This document shows positions 1 to 10,527 of a DNA stretch of 64,000 bases, in pieces (within the stretch, counting starts at the first letter, position 1; each line of letters opens with the position of its first letter). Source of the stretch: a virus (taxonomy: Duplodnaviria > Caudoviricetes); the IMG/VR virus record IMGVR_UViG_3300005403_000005, positions 26,308-90,307 of that record. One strand, 5' to 3'. The notes beneath the pieces are model-generated. The model saw only the letters and a list, made by a program, of their open reading frames with translations. It ran no database searches and was not told the DNA's origin. Made by a program: the position numbers and the translations under genes.

Positions 1-1
1 G

Positions 2-3000
2 GGAATACCAACAAACGGAAATGGAATCATTCCACCCTTTGTAACCAATGTCACGCTTTTTGAAGAATATGAACTTGTAGGCGACGTTTATAAGTCAGCA
101 CTTAGTGTAAGTTTTGAGCGCGTATCCCTCCCCAGCGAATCGGACGCATACATCAGGAACTACGAAATAATCTACAGTAATGATGAGGGCGAAACGTGGT
201 TATCTGCTGGGTTTGTATCCGGAATTGGCAATGGTCGCTTCCCAGTGGAAATTGGGGAAGCGTATGCGGTTTGCGTGAAGCCATATACCAATTATGGGAA
301 AACAAACGATATTGAGCTATCTGCAAATGCACTTGACCACCAAGCTTTCATATTGGGAAACCAAGCTACCCCACCAGCAGTAACATACATCAATGCCACT
401 GGGAAGACCTTTAGCATCATCATTGAAACCGACGTTCCAATAGACCCTACGCTTGATGCGATTGAGGTATATGCCGCCACAACAAACGACAGGGCTCAGG
501 CGGTAATCGTGGGGAGGAGCAAGTCTGGAAGGATTCAGCACACGGGAGTTGCCCAGAACCAGACTTACTACTATTGGGCGAAAGCCGTCAATACAGCAAA
601 GAAGGAGAGTGAGTGGTATCCGCTTTCTGATACTGCCGGGGTTGCTTGTCAATCCTCCACCGACCCCTCAGATGTTCTTGGGGTATTGTCTGGGGCGATT
701 ACCGACAGCGAGCTCTCCCAGTCTCTTCTCGACACGATAAACAATAATAGTGCCGGAGTACAGAGCGTCGAAGAGCTTCTTCAGAATCAGTGGACGATGA
801 AGATTACTGAGGGTAATCGCGTTACTGGCGTTGGTTCAATCATGTACCCCAAGTGGGATGTTGCTATGGCATACACTGTGGGAACAATGGTTGAGGGGAG
901 TAATGGTTCTATCTATAAGGCACTTCAATCAAGTACCGGAAAGGACCCGCTTTCAAATCCTACATACTGGCAGCTAGTTCCATACGGAGTAAAATCGGAA
1001 TTCACCATCCTATCCGATAAGTTCCAAGTCATGAGACAGGATGGGACAGGAAGTGCCATTACGCCATTCGTAATCGGTCTTGTAAATGGCGTTGATACTG
1101 TTGGCGTCAATGGTCAACTTGTAGTTGATGACTCAATCAGCGCCAGAAGCATCAAAACTGATGAGCTAATAGTAGGCGAAAATGTCACGATGGGGCCGAA
1201 TGCGGTTATAACTTGGGGTCAGGTAGCAGGAGGTCCTGCAACTTATCAACAATCCACCGACCCGATACCATTGCATCCGACATTCAGCCGTGCGTCAACC
1301 GCCTACCTCGCCAATGGTACCAAGATTGACAGCGGCAAGCCCCGGATTGAGCCCGGTAAATTCGGCGGGGCGATTATGGTGGAGGAGGGGACGACGAACC
1401 TGCTCCTGCCGGGGCAATACAACGCTTCTGATACCACACTATTTTCGGTAGATACTGACTGTGTCTTAAGCCTTGAAACAACAAGCCCGATTAGTGGTGC
1501 GAGTAGCATCAAGTGTGTGACCCCAGCGGTAGCTGTAAAGAGACTTTATTTCAGCATTAATAATAAACCAGCGGTAACAGCAGGACTAGCATATTCAGGA
1601 CAAATGTTGGTTAAAGGCTCAGGGACAGTCACATTTGTAATGAGGGCATATAATAGTTCTAATGTGGCAGTTGGAGATTCCGCATCAATAGACGTTACAT
1701 TAACTGCGACCCCACAATTAATAAAAATTGAGAACTTTATTATTCCTACTGGAGGTGTAAATCTACAGATAATCATTGGTTCGAAAAACGCCGAAGTTTG
1801 CACAATAATTGCCGATTGCTATCAGTTAGAACAAAAACCCTACGCCACCTCGTTTATCGATGGGACACGGGCGGCTGAATCTTTAACTGTGCCGTCAACT
1901 GGTATGTCTCCCGCTGCCGGAACGATAGAAATAGATATTGAAGTCACAGAGCAGACAAAGAGGGTATTGGTCCCAGGCACAAGTCATCTCCTATTCCAAA
2001 TCAGTCGAGCAAACAATGCGAATGCGCAAGGTATTTGCATCGCCCACAATAACAGCGGCTTCGTGTTTGTTACAGCGGATGATTCAAATGCTCAATCTTC
2101 ATCCGCCTATGTAACAAATGCCAATATGCCGAATGGGTGGCGCCGCTTTGCGGTAACGTGGGATGCAACTTCTGCAATATGGTATGTGGATGGAGTTCAG
2201 AAAGGTATAATCGAAGCTCCAAAACTCCCGTCAGCGTTCTCGTCACTCATCCACTTAGGTTGCCACCCTGTAAGCTCATTATCAACAGCTAACTCACTGA
2301 TTGATTGCGTGAGATTGAGTAACTATAAGAGGTCTGCCGCCGAAATACTCGCTTCAGCCACCAGCGGCCTACCAATGGAGCGTGATGCATACACTACGGC
2401 CCTATTCGATTTCAACACTGGCATCGAGTGGCTGAACAACGGCACACTCAAAACCTACAACGGCGTGGCGTGGGAGGATGCTGCTACTTGGGGAGCGCCA
2501 ACTGGGACGTATGTTGGAGCAACATTGGCGGATACCGTCAGCACTGTAGCCACGAACTTCAATACCCGTAATGACCGCAACGCCACCGCCGTTGTCGCCC
2601 CTACCGTCGCCGACGCCACCGGCACCATCGACCACACCGTGAACACGGACGGTTCGGTGGATGTCTCTTTCGAATGGTCGTGGGCTGGCACTGAGGCGGA
2701 TATTGACGGGTTCGTAGTCTACGTCCACGACAATGGCACTACGACCCCAACGAGCCAGAAGGTACTCGCAGCCACGGCGGACGCTTCGGTACAGGTGTTC
2801 TACCTCACCCCCCAACGTCGGGCTTTCATCCTCTACGGTGTCGCGACGAACCATTGGTACACGTTTGGGGTGCAGGCGTACCGGATTGTGGACCAAGATG
2901 TTGACGCCACGGGCACCAAGAAGAGCGCCATTGTCCAGCCCTTGAGCACGGCCACGGAAACGACCTACGGGGCTTATCGCCCTGCTTCGTCGGTGGCCTT

Positions 3001-4891
3001 CGCTGGTGATATTACCGGAACTATCGCAGGAACAGCGGCGAGTACGGTGGTGAGCAATGCAAATAGTGCCTATACGTTAGTCTCAGACATCGCATCTGAC
3101 AGCAAGCTCACCCCAGTCGAAAAACAAGACATCCGCAGGGAGTGGAATGCCATTTACTCGGAGAAATCCTCTCTGGACGCCCAGGCGACAGCACTCGGAA
3201 TCACGACTGAGAAGACGACTTATGACAACTCTATACAGGCGCTCGGCACCTACCTCAACGGTGGTACGGCTTACACCCTCGGTGCAACACCGCCATCTTG
3301 GATAACCGACGCCAACCTGTCAGCCACCACAACAATTGTGGGGGCAACGTTCAGGAGCACGTTCAAGACCTATTACGACGCCAAGATTGCCCTGATAAAC
3401 AAGATGGCGGCGGTGGCGGCTACAAAGGCGGATTGGACTGGGGTAAGTGGTACAGGTAAACCAGCCGACTACGCCACGAAAAACACCGCGTCCAGCGGCA
3501 CAACGCCCCACGCCAACCCGCAGGCCGGAGATACGTGGTTTAACTCTGCCACCACTGACGGCACCTATTACGCGCTGACCAGCTACAGCTACAACGGCAC
3601 TGCTTGGATACCCTCCTCACCGCGTGGGACGTACATCACGAATAATGGGGTGTATACCGGCCTGATTGTGGCCGACCAAGTACAGACCGGCGGGTTGCGT
3701 GGCATCAACGTCAACGCCGCCAGCCATACAACGAAGGGAAGCTATCTTACTCAGGCCTGCGCTGCTGGAGCGACCACGCTGTATGTGCATAATACTGAGG
3801 ATTTCCCGACGAGCGGTGAAGGCTGGTTATTAGGCACAGCGTCGTCCATCATATCCTGGACCGGGAAAACTGCAACAAGTTTGACTGGGGTTTCAGTCCC
3901 TCCTTCATCTGGGGCGATCCCGGCCCAAACTGCTGGCACTACCATTGTTCCGAACGAAAAAGTCATAGTTATAGATGATGCATCCAATGAGATTATTTTT
4001 CTGGGGAACAATGGCACTGTCAATACGTTGTTATGCTCAATCGGGATAGCTTCGGTCGATACAGACTCATATATAATTAATCTGCCAAATTGCGGTGATC
4101 ATTTTGGAATAAATCTCAGAGGAACCAATAAACTTATAAATGCAGTCGAGCAGTCTAGTGCCTATTACAACGATTTGATTTATGCCAAGACGATCAATCA
4201 GTATAGTGTTTCGTTCCACGGGATAGCTGTTGGTGCTGATGGCACTGGGGTGGTTGGAAGAGCGGAAGGAGCCCGTGGAGCTGGGGTTTACGGATATGCT
4301 CCTGGGGCTGGTAAGTTTGGCGTCTATGGTAAATGTGAGACTGCGACCACAGGGTACGATTTTTACGCAGGCGGAGCTGGGGTAAACTATGGACCGTTTA
4401 CTGGATCACACGACGGGCTGGTTCTCAAGGGCTTTTGCGCTCAACCAGGTGATATATTGGTTGATGTAGCAGTAGTTGAAAGAGCCAATGTCTCAAACGC
4501 TATCTGCCAAAACGATTTATCAACCGTGCCACAGCAGCAATGCGTTGTAGGTGTTTATTTGACCCATGGGCCCATGGACACAAAAAATCCGCCATCCGCG
4601 CTATGGGATAAAGTTATTGGGTTACCAAACCCAATAATATTAACGCTATGCGAAATCTACGACCTGGCTGTGTTTAATGCTGTTGGAGAAGGGTTGATTA
4701 ATGTCTGCAAAGATGGCGGAGATATTCAGGCAGGAGATTATATTTGTTCATCAAGTAGGCCAGGAAAAGGAATGAGACAAGATGATGACTTACTGCATAA
4801 CTATACGGTAGCAAAAGCAAGAGAAGATTGCATATGGGCGGAAGGCGAAGATGATATAAGGATGATTGCCTGCACATATCACTGCGGATAG
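2..4891 (+). CDS. Tail fibre / host-specificity protein, 5'-truncated; FN3-like, CBM-like, LamG-like and C-terminal chaperone-like segments
   Basis: Frame is open from base 2 (GIPTNG...) into the 245 ORF. Contains WDVAMAYTVG..IYKAL..YWQL (CBM5/12-like), PTFSRASTAY...VEEGTTNLL fibre motif, VTWD..SAIWYVDG...IDCVRLS (LamG-like) and FTGSH...GEGLINV...GDYI C-terminus; lies just before lysis genes. Confidence 0.8.
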   Translation, partial: GIPTNGNGIIPPFVTNVTLFEEYELVGDVYKSALSVSFERVSLPSESDAYIRNYEIIYSNDEGETWLSAGFVSGIGNGRFPVEIGEAYAVCVKPYTNYGKTNDIELSANALDHQAFILGNQATPPAVTYINATGKTFSIIIETDVPIDPTLDAIEVYAATTNDRAQAVIVGRSKSGRIQHTGVAQNQTYYYWAKAVNTAKKESEWYPLSDTAGVACQSSTDPSDVLGVLSGAITDSELSQSLLDTINNNSAGVQSVEELLQNQWTMKITEGNRVTGVGSIMYPKWDVAMAYTVGTMVEGSNGSIYKALQSSTGKDPLSNPTYWQLVPYGVKSEFTILSDKFQVMRQDGTGSAITPFVIGLVNGVDTVGVNGQLVVDDSISARSIKTDELIVGENVTMGPNAVITWGQVAGGPATYQQSTDPIPLHPTFSRASTAYLANGTKIDSGKPRIEPGKFGGAIMVEEGTTNLLLPGQYNASDTTLFSVDTDCVLSLETTSPISGASSIKCVTPAVAVKRLYFSINNKPAVTAGLAYSGQMLVKGSGTVTFVMRAYNSSNVAVGDSASIDVTLTATPQLIKIENFIIPTGGVNLQIIIGSKNAEVCTIIADCYQLEQKPYATSFIDGTRAAESLTVPSTGMSPAAGTIEIDIEVTEQTKRVLVPGTSHLLFQISRANNANAQGICIAHNNSGFVFVTADDSNAQSSSAYVTNANMPNGWRRFAVTWDATSAIWYVDGVQKGIIEAPKLPSAFSSLIHLGCHPVSSLSTANSLIDCVRLSNYKRSAAEILASATSGLPMERDAYTTALFDFNTGIEWLNNGTLKTYNGVAWEDAATWGAPTGTYVGATLADTVSTVATNFNTRNDRNATAVVAPTVADATGTIDHTVNTDGSVDVSFEWSWAGTEADIDGFVVYVHDNGTTTPTSQKVLAATADASVQVFYLTPQRRAFILYGVATNHWYTFGVQAYRIVDQDVDATGTKKSAIVQPLSTATETTYGAYRPASSVAFAGDITGTIAGTAASTVVSNANSAYTLVSDIASDSKLTPVEKQDIRREWNAIYSEKSSLDAQATALGITTEKTTYDNSIQALGTYLNGGTAYTLGATPPSWITDANLSATTTIVGATFRSTFKTYYDAKIALINKMAAVAATKADWTGVSGTGKPADYATKNTASSGTTPHANPQAGDTWFNSATTDGTYYALTSYSYNGTAWIPSSPRGTYITNNGVYTGLIVADQVQTGGLRGINVNAASHTTKGSYLTQACAAGATTLYVHNTEDFPTSGEGWLLGTASSIISWTGKTATSLTGVSVPPSSGAIPAQTAGTTIVPNEKVIVIDDASNEIIFLGNNGTVNTLLCSIGIASVDTDSYIINLPNCGDHFGINLRGTNKLINAVEQSSAYYNDLIYAKTINQYSVSFHGIAVGADGTGVVGRAEGARGAGVYGYAPGAGKFGVYGKCETATTGYDFYAGGAGVNYGPFTGSHDGLVLKGFCAQPGDILVDVAVVERANVSNAICQNDLSTVPQQQCVVGVYLTHGPMDTKNPPSALWDKVIGLPNPIILTLCEIYDLAVFNAVGEGLINVCKDGGDIQAGDYICSSSRPGKGMRQDDDLLHNYTVAKAREDCIWAEGEDDIRMIACTYHCG

Positions 4892-4901
4892 AGAGGATAC
4901 G

Positions 4902-5081
4902 ATGACAGAAAAAGACCTGAGCAGAGAAATCATGTTGGCTGATACCGTGGCCGAACGAGGCAGACAGGTGCTGCAACAGAGCCAGCAAATCGCCCAACTG
5001 GAGCATGAGGTTGAAAGACTTCGCGAAATCATCAAAACTATGGAGGACAGAAATGCACGTTGTAATGAAGTACCTCAGTAA
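4902..5081 (+). CDS. Small coiled-coil hypothetical protein
   Basis: GAGG RBS before ATG 4902; follows fibre stop. Confidence 0.5.
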   Translation: MTEKDLSREIMLADTVAERGRQVLQQSQQIAQLEHEVERLREIIKTMEDRNARCNEVPQ

Positions 5082-5301
5082 TGTGTGGCGTGCGCTCTGG
5101 GCAATCATCGTCGATATCGATAAGCTTCTCAATGCAATCGCTCTTGGCGACCCAGACGAGACAATCTCCTCCCGTGTAGGGAAACGAAGAGATGGCGCAG
5201 AGCGCTTCTGGGCGTGGGTGGTTGACAAGCTCTTCTTCTGGCAAAAGAACCACACGAAGAAATCAGTACAGCCCGATGAGGGTGGGGATTCAGTAGCATA
5301 A
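5053..5301 (+). CDS. Conserved phage protein (LNAI..GDPDETISSR motif)
   Basis: GGAGG RBS before ATG 5053; motif familiar from phage tail/lysis regions. Confidence 0.55.
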   Translation: MHVVMKYLSNVWRALWAIIVDIDKLLNAIALGDPDETISSRVGKRRDGAERFWAWVVDKLFFWQKNHTKKSVQPDEGGDSVA

Positions 5302-5520
5302 GATGTGACGATAGGGCGCTAGAGATAGCGCCCTTTTCATTTCTGGGAGGAACGATGGAGACACAGATTGTCCAAATCGAGCCGACAATACACCTTTGGG
5401 CTTTTCTATTTTGGATGGGGTTTGTTTTGTCGATAAAGGTTGGCTTCAATATTGTCGCACAGATGCGCCGCTGCGACAAGCTGAATGCCCAAATCGCAGA
5501 GAGGGATTCGGGGGGTGATA

Positions 5521-5787
5521 ATGCTCGACGTTTTGATGGACGATATAGGTCGCAAATTCGTCGATAACGCCGGGAAAATCTTCAGCTTCATTTTCGGCAT
5601 TGTCGGCTGGCTCGCTGGGAAGCTCCTCAAGAAGTTCGAGGAATCGATAAGTGCCGTAAACGAGAAATGCGATGAAAATCATGACGAGATGTACGCCAGA
5701 ACTGAAGCGCTTGAGAAAGAAATCTCGGCGCTCACAAGCAGGCTTGCAAAGCTTGAAGGCGCACATGAGGTCAATCACAAGGGGTAA
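5521..5787 (+). CDS. Small membrane/coiled-coil protein, possibly holin-associated
   Basis: One hydrophobic segment (IFSFIFGIVGWL) then coiled coil; directly upstream of endolysin. Confidence 0.45.
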   Translation: MLDVLMDDIGRKFVDNAGKIFSFIFGIVGWLAGKLLKKFEESISAVNEKCDENHDEMYARTEALEKEISALTSRLAKLEGAHEVNHKG

Positions 5788-5791
5788 TGTA

Positions 5792-6247
5792 ATGGACAGG
5801 AAGATTGATACCATCATCATCCATTGTGCGGCGACGCCCAATGGGAAGCACTTCACCGTAGAGGATATCGATAGCTGGCACAGGGAGCGGGGATTTGCCC
5901 GCTCCTATCGTGCCATGAGAGCCCTCAATCCCAGTCTCACTTCTATAGGCTATCACTTCGTCATCTACATCGATGGCTCAGTGCATACGGGAAGAGGAGT
6001 TGAGGAAATCGGAGCACACGCCGCAGGGATGAATGCCCACTCTATCGGAATATGCCTCATTGGGTCAGATAAGTTCTCTGATGCCCAATGGGATGCACTT
6101 CACAACCTCGTGAACAGCCTGAAAGCGACCATCGGCGGGGAAATCAAGGTTGTGGGACATCGGGATATTCCGGGCGTACATAAGAGCTGCCCCGGCTTTG
6201 ATGTGGCATCGTGGCTTGAGAAAGAGAAAGAATCGGAGGTGGCATAA
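5792..6247 (+). CDS. Endolysin, N-acetylmuramoyl-L-alanine amidase (Amidase_2, T7 lysozyme-like)
   Basis: IIIHCAAT, IGYHFVI, GAH...N..SIGICLIG, GHRD...KSCPGF Zn-amidase motifs. Confidence 0.9.
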   Translation: MDRKIDTIIIHCAATPNGKHFTVEDIDSWHRERGFARSYRAMRALNPSLTSIGYHFVIYIDGSVHTGRGVEEIGAHAAGMNAHSIGICLIGSDKFSDAQWDALHNLVNSLKATIGGEIKVVGHRDIPGVHKSCPGFDVASWLEKEKESEVA

Positions 6248-6726
6248 TGGGCGGATTCTGGGGTGCGCTCGCAGAGGGAGGCGTTACCGGGATATTCAAA
6301 GGCGTAGGAGAGTTTGCGAAGGATATCAGAGCTGCCGTCACCGGGGAGGAGGTTCTCTCATCGGAACAGAAGATGAAACTCCTTGAGCAGGCTGCGGCAC
6401 TAGAAGCCTCAGTCCTTCAAGCTGACCTCGCGGTAATACAGGGTCAAGTAGATATCAACAAGATTGAAGCGGCAGACCCGACCATTTTCAAAAGTGGGTG
6501 GCGTCCGGCAGTGGGGTGGGTTTGTGTCGCTGGACTCGCGTACACATTCGTATTAAAGCCGATATTGCCGTGGGCTGTTCAAGTAGGATGTCAGATTTTT
6601 GGCTATGAATCAGCTCTCCCAGTAATGCCCGATATCCCAATGGGGGATTTGGTGATTCTCCTCAGTGGCTTGTTGGGTTTGGGCGGATTCCGCACATTTG
6701 AGAAATTCAAGGGTGTCTCTCGATGA
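6247..6726 (+). CDS. Holin of 3TM (GTA-type) family
   Basis: GWRPAVGWVC...LLGLGGFRTFEKFKGV; TAATG coupling to endolysin. Confidence 0.8.
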   Translation: MGGFWGALAEGGVTGIFKGVGEFAKDIRAAVTGEEVLSSEQKMKLLEQAAALEASVLQADLAVIQGQVDINKIEAADPTIFKSGWRPAVGWVCVAGLAYTFVLKPILPWAVQVGCQIFGYESALPVMPDIPMGDLVILLSGLLGLGGFRTFEKFKGVSR

Positions 6727-7484
6727 GGGTGCGACAGTACAGATTTGACGATACCATCAGATTGTTCAATATCGGCGACCTGCATCGTGGCGATAAGTGT
6801 TGCGACGTGAAAGCCTTCCATAGGGTCGTGGAAGAGGTGAGGAGAAGTGATGATGCGTTTTGGGTGAGTACGGGCGACCTCCTCAATGTGGCGCTAAAGA
6901 CAAGTCTCTCGGACTGCTACAGCTCGCTCTCCCTTGAGGATGAGAAGCATGAACTCATCAAGGAGCTCAGTCCGATAGCGCACAAGTGTCTCGGCTTCGT
7001 GGGCTCCAATCACCACAGAAGACTCAGTAATGCTACGGGACTTAACCTCGACAAGGTTATAGCGAACGAACTGAAGATTCCTTATCTCGGGAAGATAGGG
7101 CTCATCAATGTCACGTGCGGCAGGGCAAGCTACTTCATTGCGATGCACCACGGGACTGGGGGAGGGAAGCGCAGGGGTGGCAAGGTTAACAACCTAGAAG
7201 ACCTCGCCTCGCTCATCCCAGGCGCAGATGTCTACATGGAGGGACATACACACGCATTCGCCCACTTCATCGATGAGCACCCATACATCGACAGAAAGCG
7301 TAACATCTTCTCAAGCCACCCGGCGCACTTCATAACAACTGGACATTATCTAAAGTGGGATGACAGCTACGCACAGGACTATAAGCTTCGCCCCATGCCA
7401 ATCGGCTCCTCCATCATCCAGCTCTTCGCCAATGGGGTAGGCGTTGGGAAGAATAAGATGGTCAAGGTTGATTTCTTCCAATAG
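6723..7484 (+). CDS. Calcineurin-like metallophosphoesterase
   Basis: GDLH, GDLLN, GSNH, HGTGGG, GHTH motifs. Confidence 0.8.
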   Translation: MRVRQYRFDDTIRLFNIGDLHRGDKCCDVKAFHRVVEEVRRSDDAFWVSTGDLLNVALKTSLSDCYSSLSLEDEKHELIKELSPIAHKCLGFVGSNHHRRLSNATGLNLDKVIANELKIPYLGKIGLINVTCGRASYFIAMHHGTGGGKRRGGKVNNLEDLASLIPGADVYMEGHTHAFAHFIDEHPYIDRKRNIFSSHPAHFITTGHYLKWDDSYAQDYKLRPMPIGSSIIQLFANGVGVGKNKMVKVDFFQ

Positions 7485-7525
7485 TGCGGATAAAATAAGT
7501 CCCACTGCATGATGCGGGAGGGCTT

Positions 7526-8658
7526 ATGAATATCGAGGTCAAAGAGAAGAGAGGCATTAAGCGCTGGTACTATGACTTCACGCTTGAGCGGAAACGCCAC
7601 CGTGATTTCCTCGACCCAGTAGAGAGCATGTCAAGAAGGCAGGCTGTGGCGGCAGTCGAAAGGATTCGCGCCGCCATCATCTCCAAGGGGAGCGAGTACA
7701 AGAGAGAGAAGCGCATCGACATCAAGGAGATATTCGACAGCTACAAGACATATCTTGAGGAGCACCGAAAGAGTACGTTCAAGAATTTTATGTATGTCTT
7801 CCACTCCTTCCGCGTATTCCATGATGGCGACATCACAATGGATGACATAGTAGAATAACAGAAGAAGCGCTCATCAGAGGAGGCTTCCGGAGCAACCATC
7901 AATCGGGAGATTGGGATAGCCAAAGCAGCATTCAATCGTGCTATTAAAATGGCATCTGGAAGCGCCAGAATCCCTTCCAGCTTGCCGATAAGTATGAAGC
8001 CGTAGAGAGGGAGCGCTATCTTTCCGAAGAGGAGCTTGTCAATCTCCTCGCAGCATGCAGGCTTGCCGCCAATCAGTACAATCCGCATATCTACGAGATA
8101 GTCATTCTGGGAATCATGACTGGACTGCGGAAAGAGAAAATCCTGACGATGCACGCGAGGAACTTCGGGGATGACCTTCAGACATATACCGTGAAGAAGA
8201 CCGGAACAAACAAATACAAAAAGAGCAATGTCGTCATCATTCCCCAGATGGCCTCCTCCATCATCAAGGATGCGGTGAAGCGAAGCAAGAGCGGCTACCT
8301 CTTCGAGAATCCCAGAACTGGGAAGCCGTACGGGAATATCAAGAGGACATGGGCAACTGCGCTGAAGTTTGCCAAGATTGAAGACTTCCGCTTTCACGAC
8401 CTGAGACATACATTCGGGACATACGCTCTTCTGGCAACGAGAGATTTGAAGGGCGTGCAGGAAGCGATGAACCACTCGACCATCGGACAGACATCCAAAT
8501 ACGCACACATCCTTAATGAGAGAAAAGCTGAAGTTATGGCCCTAACAAATAGTCTCATTTCGAGAATGGTCGTCAGGAATGTCGCAAAGATTGATTCGGT
8601 AGTTTCAAAGAATAGCTCTGGGAAAGGGCTCAGGACTAACCGAGGCATTCCCTCCTAA
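7526..8658 (+). pseudogene. int: Tyrosine integrase, disrupted
   Basis: In-frame TAA at 7856-7858 (DDIVE*QKKR...ATINREIGIAKAAFNRAIK); frameshift in A-run 7946-7949 (continues NGIWKRQNPF...ERERYLSEEE); intact TGLR, FHDLRHTF, HS...T..Y motifs downstream. Confidence 0.85.
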
Positions 8659-8746
8659 GGAAGGGGGTCGGATATTTTCGTGGATTCTCGAAACGATAAA
8701 TCCGGACACAGGGACTAGGGGAAATTCACATATTGCATCACGCAAA

Positions 8747-8822
8747 GTCCTTGTAGCTCAGTGGATAGAGCAATCGCCTCCTAAGCGATAGGTCGGCAGT
8801 TCGAGTCTGCCCAAGGACGCCA
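8747..8822 (+). tRNA. tRNA-Arg(CCT)
   Basis: Acceptor stem GTCCTTG/CAAGGAC, anticodon stem ATCGC/GCGAT with loop CTCCTAA, TTCGA T-loop, encoded CCA. Confidence 0.95.
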
Positions 8823-8826
8823 AATT

Positions 8827-8858
8827 AAATGGGCCTCATTTTAGAGGCCCATTTCTTT
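8827..8858. terminator. Probable bidirectional intrinsic terminator
   Basis: Hairpin AAATGGGCCTC/GAGGCCCATTT between convergent tRNA and thyX. Confidence 0.75.
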
Positions 8859-8887
8859 ATTCCAATCTCGACAAGAATCTTGACAAG

Positions 8888-9544
8888 TTATTTCTGAAGA
8901 TTCTCTACGATATCGCCGAAGAGCGCAGGCCATCTCCCAGCAAAGTCCATCAGCATCGGTATGGTAAGCTCCCGCATCTGTGGGTGTGCTGCACTATCAG
9001 TCCGGAGCTTGAAGAAGTGCCGCCACTCCCTGACATTCATCGTCATGAAGAGCTTCGTCTTGGTGTCATTGGGAAGTACGCCGCGAGCCCACTCCGCTGA
9101 TGCGCCATAACCTATGAGCTCCATGTAGCGCTGCTGCGCCTCCTCCATCGCCCCATACCAAACTTTGTAGATGGGCGTACCCTCCTTGAATTTAGAGGGC
9201 TTGATGAAGGCAATTTCGCCATAAAACTTCTCTTCGACGGAGTAATTGCAGTAGCGCTGTGATTCCTGCGAGTATGAGGCAATCCGATGCCGGACTATCT
9301 CGTGGGAGATGCTGCGATTCGTGATGACCTCGACAGAAATTGAGCCATGCTCAAGGACAGACTCATGACCCCGTCTGATGAGATTCTTGATGAACTCATC
9401 ACGCTTGACTTTCTGCTCCTCAATGGGAAACCACCCGTATTGCGGCTCAGAAAGATAGCACACACGAGCGGCACGCTCAATGTGCTGGATAAGATTCGGC
9501 GTTGATGCTACGATTTCAAAAGATTGTTCGACCAATTTTGGCAT
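8888..9544 (-). CDS. thyX: Flavin-dependent thymidylate synthase
   Basis: GHESVLEH, RSISHEIVRHRIASYSQESQRY, ARGVLPN, HFFKLR...AHPQMR. Confidence 0.95.
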   Translation of the reverse strand: MPKLVEQSFEIVASTPNLIQHIERAARVCYLSEPQYGWFPIEEQKVKRDEFIKNLIRRGHESVLEHGSISVEVITNRSISHEIVRHRIASYSQESQRYCNYSVEEKFYGEIAFIKPSKFKEGTPIYKVWYGAMEEAQQRYMELIGYGASAEWARGVLPNDTKTKLFMTMNVREWRHFFKLRTDSAAHPQMRELTIPMLMDFAGRWPALFGDIVENLQK

Positions 9545-9546
9545 GA

Positions 9547-9975
9547 TTAGCCCTCCATATACCCATTTTCAATCAGGAGATTCTCCCAAATGTCGATTAC
9601 TCCATACACAACGTCAGTAGGCGTCACAATGCCATTGGCCATATTCTTCGCATTAGCCCTCCGCCACTTTGCCCACGCTTTACCCTTCTTGACGACATCT
9701 GTAGCCTCGCGCATGCCTCCATCTGCGTAGGAGACTAGGATTACCAAGAACCTTTCATCTACCTCATCCAATTTGCAAACCAACTTATGAAGGTCGATTC
9801 GCGCAACCATCTTAACTTCGACGCTATTCTCGGAGCTGGAAGAGCCCATTGATGCGCCAAGTTTCAGCATATTCACAATCTTCCCAGTTGTTGCAGTTGG
9901 ATAATCCAATAGCACTGAACAATTCACGAGCCACGAAATAGCGTGGCTACCATCATCAAAAACCATTACACACAC
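9547..9975 (-). CDS. Hypothetical protein
   Basis: AGGAG RBS; fills the gap in the minus-strand operon. Confidence 0.55.
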   Translation of the reverse strand: MCVMVFDDGSHAISWLVNCSVLLDYPTATTGKIVNMLKLGASMGSSSSENSVEVKMVARIDLHKLVCKLDEVDERFLVILVSYADGGMREATDVVKKGKAWAKWRRANAKNMANGIVTPTDVVYGVIDIWENLLIENGYMEG

Positions 9976-9980
9976 TCCTA

Positions 9981-9994
9981 TTAAGTAGTTGATT
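9981..9994 (-). promoter_or_regulatory. Operator-like motif copy (AATCAACTACTTAA on minus strand)
   Basis: Matches the spacer motif of promoters at 20799 and 28502; just upstream of the RBS of ORF 9975. Confidence 0.5.
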
Positions 9995-9996
9995 TG

Positions 9997-10527
9997 TTAA
10001 GCCACATCTTTATATCGTTCGCCACTCTTTATCTTGGAAATTGTATTTTCACTTACGCCAAAAATCTCAGACAACTTCTTGCTTGAAAGCTTCGATGCGC
10101 GAATCTCCAAAACTTGAGAATCGGTCAACGCTCTTCTCATTCTGGAATATTTGGCTAGAACTTCCTTGCCAATGGTATTGCTACACTCCAACATCTTCTT
10201 ACGCTTCTCATCGCACCGACCAGAATCCCACGAATGCCGGATATTTTGCTTTGCGGTACACCACTCAAGATTTTCAACGCGATTGTCAGTCTTGTCAAAA
10301 TTCTTGTGATTTACGCACGGCAATTTATCTGGATTCGGGATAAATGCTTCAGCAACCAGACGATGCACATAGGCGAATTTGGGCTTTCTATTGGCGTAGA
10401 TATACGCCTGTCTATAGCCACACTTGGATGTAGCGAGTGATAATTCGCGGACATTTCCAGACTTATTTGAATAGATAAGCCCACGTTCATCCACGAAATA
10501 ACCGTCAAATCCATTTATCGGCATCAT
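9997..10527 (-). CDS. Free-standing HNH homing endonuclease (NUMOD4/HNH_3-like)
   Basis: YVHRLVAEAFIPNPDKLPCVNHKNFDKTDNRVENLEWCT. Confidence 0.9.
   Translation of the reverse strand: MMPINGFDGYFVDERGLIYSNKSGNVRELSLATSKCGYRQAYIYANRKPKFAYVHRLVAEAFIPNPDKLPCVNHKNFDKTDNRVENLEWCTAKQNIRHSWDSGRCDEKRKKMLECSNTIGKEVLAKYSRMRRALTDSQVLEIRASKLSSKKLSEIFGVSENTISKIKSGERYKDVA

Noticed and set aside
2-4891. Diversity-generating retroelement acting on the tail fibre
   Set aside because: No reverse transcriptase and no TR/VR pair found in the window.
7526-8658. This recombinase as the IntI for the attC arrays
   Set aside because: It looks like a phage integrase, shows no obvious IntI-specific insertion, has no recognisable attI, lies more than 44 kb away and is disrupted.
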